Shown here piece by piece: positions 49,734 through 60,842 of a DNA stretch of 64,000 bases. Every line of letters starts with the position of its first letter. Within the stretch, counting starts at the first letter, position 1. The position numbers were made by a program, and so were the translations under genes. This stretch comes from an uncultured Fibrobacteria bacterium (GTDB lineage Bacteria > Fibrobacterota > Fibrobacteria > UBA11236), in the NCBI GenBank assembly GCA_963716395.1, contig OY970309.1, positions 2,720,001 through 2,784,000 on the forward strand, in the 5' to 3' direction. The notes below the pieces were generated by a model, which saw only the letters and a list, made by a program, of their open reading frames with translations, had not been told where the DNA came from and did not search any database.

Positions 49734-50969
49734 TCACCCTTCGATCACCGTGTTTTTCGAGATGACCACGATGCCGGTGTCGCTGATGTGAAAGCGCCGG
49801 CGATCCTGCTCTGGGTCCATGCCCACCTGAAAGCCGGGCGGAATGCGGACGCCTTTTTCCACGATGGCCCGATGCACCCGGGCGCCGCGGCCCACGTCGA
49901 CATCGGGGAACAAGATGCTGTCGGTGACCAGCGAATGGCTGTGCAGATAATCTCCGGGCGAGAGAATGGAGCGCACCGCGCGGCCGCCGGACAAAATGCA
50001 GCCTTCGCTCACGATGGCGTCTTCGGCCGTGCCGCGCCGGTTCTCGGGATCGTTTTCGCCGAATACGAATTTGGCCGGCGGCAGGTTCCAATTCACGGTG
50101 CGTAGCGGCCATTTCGGATTGTACAGGTTGAAGATCGGCGAGATGGCGCGGCAATCCATATTGGCTTCGTAGAAAGCCTCCAAAGTGCCGATGTCGCGCC
50201 AGTAGCTGTGCGAAGTCTCGGTTTCGCCGCGGATATGGTTGGTGTAGAAATCGTACACATAAACCGGATGTCGGTTGTAAATGGCGGGCAGGATGTCACG
50301 GCCGAAGTCATGGTGCGAATTCGCCAATTCGCTGTCCGACAACAGCTCGCGTACCAGGAATTTGGAATGGAAGAGATAATTGCCCATGGAAGCCAGCGCC
50401 CAGCCCGGGCGGCCGGGAATGCTTTTGGGCTGCTCGGGTTTTTCTTCGAAACCGATCATCCGCCCTTCGGCATCGACGGCCAACACGCCGAAGGCCGAGG
50501 CGTCTTTGACCGGCACGGGGATGGCCGCGATGGTGGCCACCGCGGATTTCTGCAGGTGGTACGCCAGCATTTGGTTGATGTCCATTTTATAGACGTGATC
50601 GCCACCGAACACGGCCACCACGTCGGGCCGTACATCCCGGATGAGGTTGACGTTCTGGTAAATCGCGTCCGCGGTGCCCGTGTACCAATTCATGCCCATG
50701 CGCATCTGCGCCGGAACCAAGTCGACATATTGATCCAGATTGCGGTTCATGTCCCAGGCCGCGGCGACGTGGCGGTTCAGTGAGTCGGACTTGAATTGGG
50801 TCAACACCTTGATGCGGTAAAAGCCGGAATTGACGAAATTGTTGAGAACGAAATCGATCACGCGGTATTTGCCCGCGAAGTGGACGGCGGGTTTGGCCCG
50901 ATCCTGGGTCAGCGGTTGCAACCGAGAACCTTGGCCACCGGCCAAAATCATTGCCAGCAAATTTTCCAT
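49734..50969 (-). CDS. glgC: Glucose-1-phosphate adenylyltransferase
   Basis: [45 protein letters not shown]. Confidence 0.96.
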   Translation of the reverse strand: MENLLAMILAGGQGSRLQPLTQDRAKPAVHFAGKYRVIDFVLNNFVNSGFYRIKVLTQFKSDSLNRHVAAAWDMNRNLDQYVDLVPAQMRMGMNWYTGTADAIYQNVNLIRDVRPDVVAVFGGDHVYKMDINQMLAYHLQKSAVATIAAIPVPVKDASAFGVLAVDAEGRMIGFEEKPEQPKSIPGRPGWALASMGNYLFHSKFLVRELLSDSELANSHHDFGRDILPAIYNRHPVYVYDFYTNHIRGETETSHSYWRDIGTLEAFYEANMDCRAISPIFNLYNPKWPLRTVNWNLPPAKFVFGENDPENRRGTAEDAIVSEGCILSGGRAVRSILSPGDYLHSHSLVTDSILFPDVDVGRGARVHRAIVEKGVRIPPGFQVGMDPEQDRRRFHISDTGIVVISKNTVIEG

Positions 50970-51136
50970 GGGAGTTTCGGCGAAAAAAATGGAAGAATTG
51001 AGTTCAAAAGCAGGTCAAGTTGGCGACGGAATGGGGCGTTCATCAACACAAGTAAACCTAAAAAACGCAGCCAAGTACAGCATAATCCGTTATGGATTTG
51101 GCATATTTTGATGGCAGGGAGGAGAAGGTGAAACGA

Positions 51137-51211
51137 TGGTAGTGCGTAGGGGAGTTGAACCCCTGCTTCCGCCGTGAGAGGGCAGCGTCCTAACCACTAG
51201 ACGAACACACC
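51137..51211 (-). tRNA. tRNA-Glu (anticodon CTC)
   Basis: Cloverleaf GGTGTGTTCGTCTAGTGGTTAGGAC-GCTGCC-CTCTCAC-GGCGG...GGTTCAACTCC...ACCA with encoded CCA. Confidence 0.95.
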
Positions 51212-51226
51212 AAACCCATGCGACTT

Positions 51227-51262
51227 AAACTGTGAAACACAATCAAACTGTGAAACACAATC
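51227..51262. repeat. Perfect 18-bp tandem repeat (AAACTGTGAAACACAATC x2)
   Basis: Read directly; lies between the tRNA 5' end and the giant gene. Confidence 0.9.
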
Positions 51263-51421
51263 CGTACATGCCAATTTTAGCAATAATGTTAGATTCCCCA
51301 ACGATGTCTCGGTTACTTCCGCTTCGGACCGGCCTGAAGTCGAAGAAACCATGGCTTTTCCCGACCAGCTTTTCCTGTTCCCGAGGTCGCAAAGGCCCCA
51401 AGGAGATTGGGTGACGCATCT

Positions 51422-54400
51422 ATGAAAATATGGATGGTGGGCCTGGCCCTTTCTCTTTTCGCCCTGCAAGGGGCTTTGGCCTGTGGAACCAACGGCGACA
51501 CGGTGATCAACGTTCTGGCACTCGCCGGTTATGTCAGTGGAACCAATTCCGGAACCCTGAACCCGGCCACGGCCTTGAACTCCCTCTTATCGACGTCGGG
51601 TTGCACCGACACCTCGTTGACGATCCATTTGCGTTCTACGGTCGACACCCTCAAGTTACACGGTCCCATCATGGTGGCCCGCACCAACGGCAATGGGCGC
51701 ATCACCAGTTTTGTGGGCGAAGTGGGATTGGCTTCTCCGTATCGCTCACTAATTATTGTGGAAGACAGTTCGACGGCACCCACCGCCAATGGCGGACAGG
51801 GCTATTTATTCGATGCCACCAGCCCGGTGCAATTATCCGGATTCACGGTGCTGCGCATGGTGAACAGCCCCACGCTGAGACTACCCGCCATCATGTTGCG
51901 AGGCGGCAAGGGATCGATGGTTTCGGGTTGCCAATTCTGGTTGCAAGACGTCACGACCGCGAGTTACCCTCCGCCGTCATTGATCGAAATCAAATCCGAC
52001 AGCGTTTTGATCGAGCGCAGCCTGTTTCGTTCTCCGGCCGGCGGCACGGGGTATGGAACCGCCATTTTCGACTCCAGCAGCGGGACCAAGGTCGAAATTC
52101 GCGCCGACGTCTTCAACAATACCGGTGTGGTCGTGGGGGCCGGTCAATTCCACCTCTACGCCAACACCTTCGTGGGCACGCGCGATCGATATTCTCCGGT
52201 GGTCGTCTTTGACGCCACGGTCCCCAACGCCGATTCGGCCAATATTCAGCACAATCTGTTCGCGGTGCAGAACGACACCTTGCCCCCCATCGATTTTCGC
52301 GGAACTCCGGTGCCCTCCTCGGCGCCGAATGTGATATACAATGCTTGGACAAGTTCCCGCGACTCTTTGGAGTTGACGATGAGTGGGGCCGGGCCTTATA
52401 GCGAGGTTACATCCAGCCTGATTAACAACATTTTGATGCCCAAAGGCTTTTCCAATTACGGCGCCGCCGTGGCGGTGAAAGATTATCCCTTGGTAGAGTT
52501 ATCCAGCAATCCCACTTTGTCGCCTTCAGACCCGACCTTCGGAGAGTTGGCGAAAATTTACGCCGGGTATCCACATTCTTTATCCCACGGCCAGGCTTTC
52601 CCCGAAATCGATTCGGATTTGACGGCCGCTAAATTGTTTTTCCCCAACAACTTTCAACCCTACGTCTCCACCCCCACCTGGGGTGACAATGACATCAAGG
52701 TCGGTGCCTTCAGCGCGGTCGATGCTAACGATCCGCGGCCCAGCCCTATCAATCTACGGGCCCACAACCCCTCCGAGGCCACAAGCCTGCACTTCGCACC
52801 CCTGTCCGGTGACCCGACCAAGATCAGCCAAATCACACGCGTCTTCGATACCAGTTATTACGGAGCGTTTTTCGCGCCCAATCTTCGACTCTATTTTTTC
52901 AGCCCCACCCGCACCGACTTGAACGCCGCCGACTCCACTTCGCTGAAAACCGCCACCTCCAACGATTATACCGGCATCACCGGCGGATGCTGCGCTTCGC
53001 CCGATACCGTGAGTGTACCCCGGCAGGCGCGCGTGGCCGTGGCGCCCGGGCAAACCGAAACCCTGTATCTCAAGCTGTTGCACTACAACGGCACGGGTCA
53101 GGCGGTGATTGAAGACCCCAACGCCGTGGTGGACACCGTAACCGCGGTGCCGGCCTACCCGTTCAATGATTTGACCCTGAGCTATCTCGACACTACCGGC
53201 TTGGCCTCGGGGCAGGTGACTCTAAACGTCGCGCTGGGGAAAGAAGCGCCGGATTCGATTCGCGTCTATGAATTGGATGCCTCCAATGCGGTGGTCGACT
53301 CTTCGGTGCCGGCCCATGCCGTAACCGGGTCAAAGACCTTCGCCTTCAACAATGTGCCGGCTGGTCTGTATCATTTCGCTGCCGTGCCCATCGGCCTGGG
53401 CCGCCTCGGCGTGAAAACCGCCGGCGCCATCACGGCGGCCAAATTCTTCCGGCAAATCACCGGCGATACCGTGTATGTGAGCATTCCGGCGGGCACCTGT
53501 CCAACTGGCGCCAATGGTTCGGCCCAGTCGCCGTATTGCACCCTGGCCGCCGGGCTGAGTTATTTGCAAAGTCTTTCCCAAGGCGTATTGATCATCGATG
53601 CGGCCAGCCAGCCCATTCAAGACGCCGTCATTGCCACGGGAAGCGGCCCCAGCGGCAGTCTGACCATTACCTCGATGGTGGATACCTCCGGCAAATTCCC
53701 TCTGAACCGGCCGATTTTCTCCGACAGTACCGGCGGCGTGGCTTCGGCTTTGACCATCAGCCGTTCCAACGTGACTATTCAAGGCGTCGTTTTCCAAATG
53801 CCGCCTGCGACGAAGCAAGCCGCGGTGTCGGTTCAAACCGGAGGCACGGGCGTCGTGCTCGAAAGCAATTTGTTCCGTTCTACGTCGCGTTCCGGTTTGG
53901 TGGGCACCGCGCTCAGCCTGGGAGCGGCTTCGGGTCATGTTTCCAATAACGTATTCTGGGGCTTTTCCAAGGCCATCAATATCGCCAATGCTTCGCCGTC
54001 GTTCTGGATTACCGAAAACACCTTTCTCAATGATTCGGCCTTCACCGGTTTCGCCCAGGCTGCGGCCATCTCGGCCTCGGTTTCTGCCGTCGGCACCCGT
54101 ATCTTCCACAATTTTTTCGCCGATTACACCGCGCCCTTTGACGCTTCTTTCAAAGGGGGCACCGATACCCTGGCCGGCAATGTGTATACCGCCCCGGCCG
54201 ACGCCAATCTGCTGCAAGGGCATGTCGAGATTCGTCTTATGGCGACGGCCAATCCCATCCCGATCAAGGATCTCAGCGCCGCGAATTACGGCAAGAGCCT
54301 GAGCGATTCGGTGTTTTTACCCCTGGAAAATTGCAATCAACTCGTAGAATGCTCTCCCCTCTACGCCGGTGCCAATCCGGGCGCGTATGAATCCTCTTTG

Positions 54401-57205
54401 GGCTATACCGCGCCGGCCATCGACTTTTTCGGTAACTCGCGCCTGAGCGCCGGGCGCCCGGAAATCGGGGCGTATGAATTCCAGAACAAGGCCCATTCCG
54501 TACTCGGGCGATTGCAATTCACGGTGGGATTCGGCAATTCCTTTTCTCAGGCGAATGTGAATCTCTCTTCCATGAACATCGATTCCCTGGACGCCGATTC
54601 GGTGTCGGTATGGTGGTCGACGAATAAGTCCGACGTGTATTCCGCGGTGCCCAAGGCCAATCAATTGAGTTACCGCGTTGCCACCCTTGAAATAGGGGAC
54701 ACCATCCAAGGCAAGGCCTCTAATCTTTTGCCCAACGTGACCTATTGGTTCCACAGCCAACTCCTGAAGGTGGGTGCGGCCAGCGCCGGGTACATTTACA
54801 CCCAGTCGTTCCAAAGCGATTCGCTACTCACCTCGTCTTCCTGCGACTTGGCGACGACCAAGGGAGTTTGCCCTTCCGAGGCCGGAACCGAAGGGTATTT
54901 CATCGATACCACCAGCGGCCCCTTCAAAGGCTTGTACCGGACTCGCATCGTATTCAATACCGCGACTCCCGGCAACGGCACCGTACAGGCACCCATATTC
55001 TTGGTGCCCGATAGCAGCCGCTTACATGGGCTGACGGCGGCCGCCAATGCCCCCATGATTCGACTTCAGGTGCAAACGACCGGGAATATGGGGCAACCGC
55101 AGAGCAATGAGGGCTATCAGGTGACCGTGGTCGGGCTCTCGTCCCTATCCTCGACCTTGGCCGCCAACGACCTTTATTTACTGCCCTCGGCTTCGGGGGG
55201 ATTGCCGACCTATCTCAGCGATTGGTCGTTCGATACTACGGGAAACCTGACCATCCAACTGCACAGCCAGGGCACCTTGGATTTGGTGTTCGGGAAATTT
55301 CCGTCCACTGGCGGGGGAACCGTGGGGCCCGCCTCCACCAACCTTCAGACCTACGACTATGACGGCGTGGCCGCGCAAACCTTTAAATGGCCTTTGCAGG
55401 GCACTTCGTTCCGCACCGCAAATCCTCTGATTCTGGCCACGCCTGTGCCATGTGGGGGCGTGACCGGCAAAAGCGTGATTTCCAGTGCCTATCCCGTGCA
55501 GAGCGACCTGTTGTCTTCGGGCCTCATCGCGTCGGTGGGCGACAGTCTGAAATATGCGACCGCCCTTGCCTATTACCGCCGCGTCGTTTCCGCCGATTCC
55601 ACCGCGGCCTTTTTCGCCCATCAGAACAGGGCGTTTCACTTGAATGCCGTGGCCAGCGCGTCGGATCTTCAGGCGGCCGTGCAGGTGGACAGCCTGTCGA
55701 TGGACAATTCGGGAAACGCTTCACCCACGATGCAATTGACATTCGGAAAAACCTGGAAGTCGGTATCGGATCAGGCCACGCGCGGCGTCGAAGTGATTCT
55801 CACCGTCTTCGACGGGGGCGCCGTAAGCTATGGCCACGTCTTCTTGCAGACCAAGTTCAGTCAAGCGGATCTCGGGCCGCAGGATCAAACCGTTCAATAC
55901 CCTGTCCACCTATGGAATTTGTATACCTATCCCTGGCAGGAAGCGCCGGGCGGCGACATCTCCCGCGTGGTCGGTTCGAATTCGTTTAACCCTCCGAATC
56001 AAAAAGTGCTGAGCTATAAGGGTACGGGCGAAGGCCAAGACGCCTACACGGTTATCAACGCCACGACTTTTTCTTCCCTGACCATTGATTCCGGCCGCGC
56101 CTTCTGGAGCGGCAACGGCGACGCGCCTTACAAACCCAATACCGCCGGTGGATTTTCCCTGGACAACGGCGACTTTAGCCTGTCGCTGACCGCGGGGCAG
56201 TACAACGATTTCGGAACGCCTTTCAATTTTTCCGTGAAACTCCAGGATGTGCTCGACACCTCGGGCCTCGGGGCCGGCAACTTGGCCATTTACCGACTGG
56301 ACTATACCGGGGACAAGGCCGGATGGACGCGGATGGATGCGACGAAAAGTTCCTTGGGGGTCTTAAGCCCTTGGGTGGGATATACCGTCAAACCGGCCGC
56401 CGCCGTGAGTTTGAAATTCCCCTTGATCGACACGGCGCGGTCGACCACGCCGTTGGCCAAAAAAGCCGGGACAAATGCCGTGGCCTGGCAGGCTGATATC
56501 CAGGCGTCCGACGCGGCAGCCATCGCCACCTTGAGCTTGTCCAAAGGCGCGCGCGCGCAACAATACGGCGAAGCGCCGCAAGTTCCCGGCCAGACCTTTC
56601 GCATCGGTTTTGCTGCCGGGGGTGGCGATTCGCTGGCGAGCGAAATCGAAGATCCGGCCGCGGCCGGATTGCAAGGACATTGGCCGTTGGAGATCAAACC
56701 GCAAGACGGCTTTACGGGATTGGATTTGCAATTGCATCAAAGCACGGGCAAGACAGCGCTGTTTTTGGTGGAAACCATGAGCCGTCAGATCACGCCCTTG
56801 ACGGATTCGACCTTGCATCTCACCCCCGCCGACGTGTCGGGAGGGGACTACAACGTCGTGGCCGGTACGGCGCAATATGCCCAGGACTTCCTGAATTCGG
56901 TTCTAGGGGCTTACGATTTACGGCTGGTGAATTTTCCCAACCCGTTTACGGGTTCGACTTCGATTCGTTTCTCCTTGCCGTCGACCGTCGCGACGGTGGC
57001 GTACCGCCTGCGGGTGTTCGATTTCCAGGGGCGCCTGGTGTGGGAGAAGACTTGGAACGGCGGAGCCTCGTTGAATACGACCTGGGATGGCCGTAACCGG
57101 TTGGGCGAGATGGTTCCGGCCGGACAATACCATTTGCTGTTGGACGCCCAGCCCGAGGGTAAGCCGGCTTTCGAAGCCCGCCGCAAACTCATCAAGCTGG
57201 ATTGA
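51422..57205 (+). CDS. Giant secreted protein (~1930 aa): beta-helix regions, Ig/FN3-like modules, C-terminal FlgD-Ig-like domain
   Basis: Signal peptide; NNxF/HNLF/ENTF beta-helix ladders; DFFGNSR..GRPEIGAYEF; NFPNPF...FDFQGRLV...WDGRN..G..VPAGQY; alternative TTG start at 51407. Confidence 0.85.
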   Translation: MKIWMVGLALSLFALQGALACGTNGDTVINVLALAGYVSGTNSGTLNPATALNSLLSTSGCTDTSLTIHLRSTVDTLKLHGPIMVARTNGNGRITSFVGEVGLASPYRSLIIVEDSSTAPTANGGQGYLFDATSPVQLSGFTVLRMVNSPTLRLPAIMLRGGKGSMVSGCQFWLQDVTTASYPPPSLIEIKSDSVLIERSLFRSPAGGTGYGTAIFDSSSGTKVEIRADVFNNTGVVVGAGQFHLYANTFVGTRDRYSPVVVFDATVPNADSANIQHNLFAVQNDTLPPIDFRGTPVPSSAPNVIYNAWTSSRDSLELTMSGAGPYSEVTSSLINNILMPKGFSNYGAAVAVKDYPLVELSSNPTLSPSDPTFGELAKIYAGYPHSLSHGQAFPEIDSDLTAAKLFFPNNFQPYVSTPTWGDNDIKVGAFSAVDANDPRPSPINLRAHNPSEATSLHFAPLSGDPTKISQITRVFDTSYYGAFFAPNLRLYFFSPTRTDLNAADSTSLKTATSNDYTGITGGCCASPDTVSVPRQARVAVAPGQTETLYLKLLHYNGTGQAVIEDPNAVVDTVTAVPAYPFNDLTLSYLDTTGLASGQVTLNVALGKEAPDSIRVYELDASNAVVDSSVPAHAVTGSKTFAFNNVPAGLYHFAAVPIGLGRLGVKTAGAITAAKFFRQITGDTVYVSIPAGTCPTGANGSAQSPYCTLAAGLSYLQSLSQGVLIIDAASQPIQDAVIATGSGPSGSLTITSMVDTSGKFPLNRPIFSDSTGGVASALTISRSNVTIQGVVFQMPPATKQAAVSVQTGGTGVVLESNLFRSTSRSGLVGTALSLGAASGHVSNNVFWGFSKAINIANASPSFWITENTFLNDSAFTGFAQAAAISASVSAVGTRIFHNFFADYTAPFDASFKGGTDTLAGNVYTAPADANLLQGHVEIRLMATANPIPIKDLSAANYGKSLSDSVFLPLENCNQLVECSPLYAGANPGAYESSLGYTAPAIDFFGNSRLSAGRPEIGAYEFQNKAHSVLGRLQFTVGFGNSFSQANVNLSSMNIDSLDADSVSVWWSTNKSDVYSAVPKANQLSYRVATLEIGDTIQGKASNLLPNVTYWFHSQLLKVGAASAGYIYTQSFQSDSLLTSSSCDLATTKGVCPSEAGTEGYFIDTTSGPFKGLYRTRIVFNTATPGNGTVQAPIFLVPDSSRLHGLTAAANAPMIRLQVQTTGNMGQPQSNEGYQVTVVGLSSLSSTLAANDLYLLPSASGGLPTYLSDWSFDTTGNLTIQLHSQGTLDLVFGKFPSTGGGTVGPASTNLQTYDYDGVAAQTFKWPLQGTSFRTANPLILATPVPCGGVTGKSVISSAYPVQSDLLSSGLIASVGDSLKYATALAYYRRVVSADSTAAFFAHQNRAFHLNAVASASDLQAAVQVDSLSMDNSGNASPTMQLTFGKTWKSVSDQATRGVEVILTVFDGGAVSYGHVFLQTKFSQADLGPQDQTVQYPVHLWNLYTYPWQEAPGGDISRVVGSNSFNPPNQKVLSYKGTGEGQDAYTVINATTFSSLTIDSGRAFWSGNGDAPYKPNTAGGFSLDNGDFSLSLTAGQYNDFGTPFNFSVKLQDVLDTSGLGAGNLAIYRLDYTGDKAGWTRMDATKSSLGVLSPWVGYTVKPAAAVSLKFPLIDTARSTTPLAKKAGTNAVAWQADIQASDAAAIATLSLSKGARAQQYGEAPQVPGQTFRIGFAAGGGDSLASEIEDPAAAGLQGHWPLEIKPQDGFTGLDLQLHQSTGKTALFLVETMSRQITPLTDSTLHLTPADVSGGDYNVVAGTAQYAQDFLNSVLGAYDLRLVNFPNPFTGSTSIRFSLPSTVATVAYRLRVFDFQGRLVWEKTWNGGASLNTTWDGRNRLGEMVPAGQYHLLLDAQPEGKPAFEARRKLIKLD

Positions 57206-57227
57206 ACGCAGGGAGGACGCGGGGCCG

Positions 57228-58292
57228 TCAGACCTCGGCGTACTCCTGAAATACCGCTACGAATTCCCGAAAACGCGTGTTGAAGGCATCGACCAGATCG
57301 GGGTCGAAATGCTTACCGCTGCTTTGATTGATGATATTGGCCGAGGTTTCCAAGGTAAAGGCGGGCTTGTAACACCGTTTCATGGTCAGGGCGTCGAACA
57401 CGTCGGCCACGGCGGCGATGCGTCCGATGATGGGAATCTCCTCGCCGCGCAGGTGGTCCGGGTATCCGCTGCCGTCCCATTTTTCGTGATGGGTGCGGGC
57501 CACGGTTTCGGCCATCTGCAGCACTTTGGAGTTCGCGTCTTTCAGAATCGATGACCCGATGCGCGTATGGCGCTTCATGATTTCGAATTCCTCGGCCGTC
57601 AGTTTCCCCGGCTTCAGCAGAATGTGATCCGGAATCCCGATTTTGCCGATGTCGTGCAACGGGCTGGCCTTGTGCAGCAGGGAGATCTCCTCCGGCGGCA
57701 GTCCGGATGCGCGGGCCAGGATTTCGCAGTACTTGCCGATGCGCAGCACATGGTTGCCGGTTTCATCGTCGCGGTATTCGGCTGCATGGCACAGGCATTG
57801 GAGGGTGTCGAAATGCGAACGCTCCAGGGCGTGCATCGCCTCCTGAATTTGTGACGTGCGTTCTTCGACCAGGTTTTCCAAACGTTGCTGATAGGTTTGC
57901 AATTCCGATTTCAAGCGTTTTTTTTCCAGCGCCTGATCGAGGCAATGCAACAACTGGTTCAATTGCACGGGCTTGATCAAAAAATCCGAGGCGCCGGCCC
58001 GCATGGCTTCGACCGCAGTATGCACGGCGGCTTGGGCTGTGATCAGTATGAATCCGATTTCCGGCCAGGTGCGGCGCACCTCATGCAACAAATCCAGGCC
58101 CGATCGTCCGGGCATGTTCATGTCGGAGAGCACGCAGTCGAAATCCGCTTTCCATAGGCATTCCAAAGCCGACTCGGCATCGCCGGCCGAGACGGTTTCG
58201 TATTCGTGGAATCCGAGATAATTGGAAACCACGCTGCAAATCGACGGCTCATCGTCGACGATGAGAATGCGGCCTTGCTTTTTTTCTTCCAT
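57228..58292 (-). CDS. Response regulator with HD-GYP phosphodiesterase domain (RpfG-like)
   Basis: ILIVDDE, SDMNMP, KP; ETGNHVLR, LHDIGKIG, HHEKWDGSGYP, ADVFDAL. Confidence 0.95.
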   Translation of the reverse strand: MEEKKQGRILIVDDEPSICSVVSNYLGFHEYETVSAGDAESALECLWKADFDCVLSDMNMPGRSGLDLLHEVRRTWPEIGFILITAQAAVHTAVEAMRAGASDFLIKPVQLNQLLHCLDQALEKKRLKSELQTYQQRLENLVEERTSQIQEAMHALERSHFDTLQCLCHAAEYRDDETGNHVLRIGKYCEILARASGLPPEEISLLHKASPLHDIGKIGIPDHILLKPGKLTAEEFEIMKRHTRIGSSILKDANSKVLQMAETVARTHHEKWDGSGYPDHLRGEEIPIIGRIAAVADVFDALTMKRCYKPAFTLETSANIINQSSGKHFDPDLVDAFNTRFREFVAVFQEYAEV

Positions 58293-58459
58293 AATTTTCC
58301 AGACGATTATCGGGCGACTGATTGTAGGGGATGCAACGGAGAATTCCCAGGAAAAAAAGGAAATCCGATCCGTCTCTTCTAAAAATCCAAAGTTCTTCGG
58401 CCGGTGGCGCCGACGTTCGTTCGTCCCGCGGCGCCTTTGCGACAAAAAATGCCAAGAGA

Positions 58460-58594
58460 TTAGTGAAAGAGTTCTTGAAAACTTTCCCAATCGCGTAATG
58501 AAAGCTTCTCGTCTGCCGTGGATTTTTTGAGGGTCAGCAGACGTAACCCCAGGCAGATGATTCCAACCATGGCCAATAGCACGGCCTTGCGCAT
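58460..58594 (-). CDS. Small single-TM protein (44 aa), absent from the ORF track
   Basis: MRKAVLLAMVGIICLGLRLLTLKKSTADEKLSLRDWESFQELFH; may extend to the ATG at 58664 through a frameshift. Confidence 0.45.
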   Translation of the reverse strand: MRKAVLLAMVGIICLGLRLLTLKKSTADEKLSLRDWESFQELFH

Positions 58595-58678
58595 ATCCCT
58601 AACGTATGCGGAGCGGAGAGCGCGGACCGGAGGAATCTTGAGGCGGTTCGGGTTCCGGATGCATGCGCTTGAAAATCC

Positions 58679-60532
58679 TCAATTCCGATAGACGAGATCC
58701 AGTTGGTTCTCGACCTTGGCCGCCTGGGGCAAATCGGTCAGCCATTGCTGGTATAAAGCCTTGAGCAGGTAGCCGTCGCCGAGCGCCACATTGGCGCGCG
58801 CTTTTTGCGCCAACGCGGCCGAATCGAGGTTTTGGGTTTGCAGGAGTTGGGCGATCACCGCGCCATGCTCGGCGTCGCGCACCGGCCCCCAAGCATCCGG
58901 CGGCTGCCGGAAACAGCGCAAAAGTTCCGGGCTGCTGTAACCGAAGACGGGTACATAGCCGTCGGAGGCCATCAAAACGGTACTGTCGAGTACGGCCATG
59001 CCGAGGCGAGGCGCAAAAGCGGTGGTTTGCGCCACGATTTGGGGGCGAAGGCTTTCCAAAGCCTGATGGCAGCGTTCGCGCTTTTTCGTACGCGCGAGAT
59101 CCGCCGCAATGGCCGCCTTGGCGCGTTCGAAATTCCGGCCGGCGGGGTATTGCGTGCCGCGGGCAAAGATGTAAATGCCTTCGTTGTTCTGCAGCACGTC
59201 GGAAACTTTTTCCTTGCGTTCATGCGGGCTGAAGGCGAACGACTCCACCCCTTGCAGATAATGCGTTCCCAGCGGGACCAAGTTGCCCTTGGCGAAGATG
59301 GGCGTAGTGTCCACCGCCAGACCGTGCTCTTTGGCCATGGCGTCGAGACCGTTTTTCTCGGCCTCGGCTTGCAGGCTTTGGGCGTAGTCGGTGAGGCTGT
59401 CGATGGTTTCGGTGCCGGCGGTGATCTTCAGTAGAATGTGGCTGACGTCGGCCTGCGGCACCGAGTCGACCAGACGCAGGGCGTTCAGTTTGATCACGTG
59501 GTAACCAAACCGGGTCAGCACGGGATCGGAAATCTCCCCGGGTTTCAGTTTGAAAACCGCGTCGGAGAAGGCCGGCACCCAGGTGCCGCGGGGTTGGAAT
59601 CCGCCCAGACGGCCGCCGCTGTCGGCGCTGGCCGAATCGTTGGAATAGCTTTTGGCCAGTTCGGCGAAACTCTCTCCGCCCAGGGCCCGCTGCTTCAACT
59701 CTTTGGCGAAGTTGAACATCAATTCGGTGTCTTGGATCGTGGGGCGGATGGGGATGCGCACATAGGGGAGTCGGGCTGCTTCATCGGGGAAATAAAAGCT
59801 GTCGGGACTGGCGTCGTAATGCGCCTTGAGCTCGGCATCGGAGAACTGATCCACCGCCACGGGGAATGAGTCGGCCGACACGGCGTAATAGCGGATGCGT
59901 CCCAGGTCTTCGCGGGTTTCCACGGTGAAGGCCTCTTCCAAATCCGTGCGGTGCAGTTGGGAGCGCAGCAGTTGCTGCAACTGCAATTGCGGCACGGTGG
60001 ACGACTTAAGCTGCTCTTCCATGGCCCGCATGCCGAGCCGGTCGTAGATCGAGTCTTGCGACAGCCAATTGCGATAGCGCAAAGTATCCAGGGTCGAATC
60101 GCGCAGGAACACGGGAACACGATCCGGGCCTTCATAGCGCGCGATGGCCTCGCCCACGTCCAGCGGATGCGTGAGCAGATATTCCTGCATTTCCTGCACC
60201 GAGGCGACGAGCCGGTAGGCGCTGAAAATCCGCTGGATCAGCAGCGACTTCACCTGGAACTGAAACAGGTTTTCCCGCAATTGGGCGAGTTCCACGCCTT
60301 CCGGGGCCTTGCCGGTCTGCATTTCCTGGGCGTTCATGTAATTGGTGAGTTCCTGCTGAAAGGATCCAGTGGAGATTTCTTCGCCGTCCACGCTGCCGAC
60401 GTAATCGCCGTGCACCCCGTAACCTTGGCGCGACGCGCCCACGCGGTCCATGAAGACGAGACCGAGCGCGACCAGGATGGTGGCCGCAATGACGACCCAC
60501 TTGGCGTGATTTTTCATCCACATGATGCTCAT
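58679..60532 (-). CDS. PpiD/SurA-family parvulin PPIase chaperone
   Basis: N-terminal membrane anchor, VDGEEIS, FAELAKSYSND..GGRLG, TRFGYHVIK. Confidence 0.88.
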   Translation of the reverse strand: MSIMWMKNHAKWVVIAATILVALGLVFMDRVGASRQGYGVHGDYVGSVDGEEISTGSFQQELTNYMNAQEMQTGKAPEGVELAQLRENLFQFQVKSLLIQRIFSAYRLVASVQEMQEYLLTHPLDVGEAIARYEGPDRVPVFLRDSTLDTLRYRNWLSQDSIYDRLGMRAMEEQLKSSTVPQLQLQQLLRSQLHRTDLEEAFTVETREDLGRIRYYAVSADSFPVAVDQFSDAELKAHYDASPDSFYFPDEAARLPYVRIPIRPTIQDTELMFNFAKELKQRALGGESFAELAKSYSNDSASADSGGRLGGFQPRGTWVPAFSDAVFKLKPGEISDPVLTRFGYHVIKLNALRLVDSVPQADVSHILLKITAGTETIDSLTDYAQSLQAEAEKNGLDAMAKEHGLAVDTTPIFAKGNLVPLGTHYLQGVESFAFSPHERKEKVSDVLQNNEGIYIFARGTQYPAGRNFERAKAAIAADLARTKKRERCHQALESLRPQIVAQTTAFAPRLGMAVLDSTVLMASDGYVPVFGYSSPELLRCFRQPPDAWGPVRDAEHGAVIAQLLQTQNLDSAALAQKARANVALGDGYLLKALYQQWLTDLPQAAKVENQLDLVYRN

Positions 60533-60677
60533 GAGAACTCCGAAAGACCGCCTTTTCCAGCCCGGCGGCAGGGAAGTAAAGCTAATACCCGAAGCCGGGG
60601 CGGGGAAGTCCGGACCTGCCTGCGGCCGTTGGGCGCCGATGGAATCCTCGCGCCAGCGCGCTTTGCTAAATTCTTGC

Positions 60678-60842
60678 GAACCCATCTCGAAAGTCCGCGA
60701 AGGACAAAACCGTTGCGAGACCGGGGGTTCGGCTTGAAGCCGTCCCTTCACCGGCGGGCGCGTGCTGAACCTGTCCGCAGAAGTGTTCGCCCCGAAGGAT
60801 CGACTTCGAGCGGGCTTTCGGGGGGCCTTCTTTCGGGGGGCC
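60678..60842 (+). ncRNA. Candidate structured leader RNA upstream of nadB
   Basis: Several long helices with G-U pairs favouring the + strand, in two mutually exclusive sets (see findings). Confidence 0.35.

Noticed and set aside
51137-57205. Island integrated at tRNA-Glu
   Set aside because: The giant gene lies on the tRNA 5' side; no duplicated tRNA 3' end or integrase was seen
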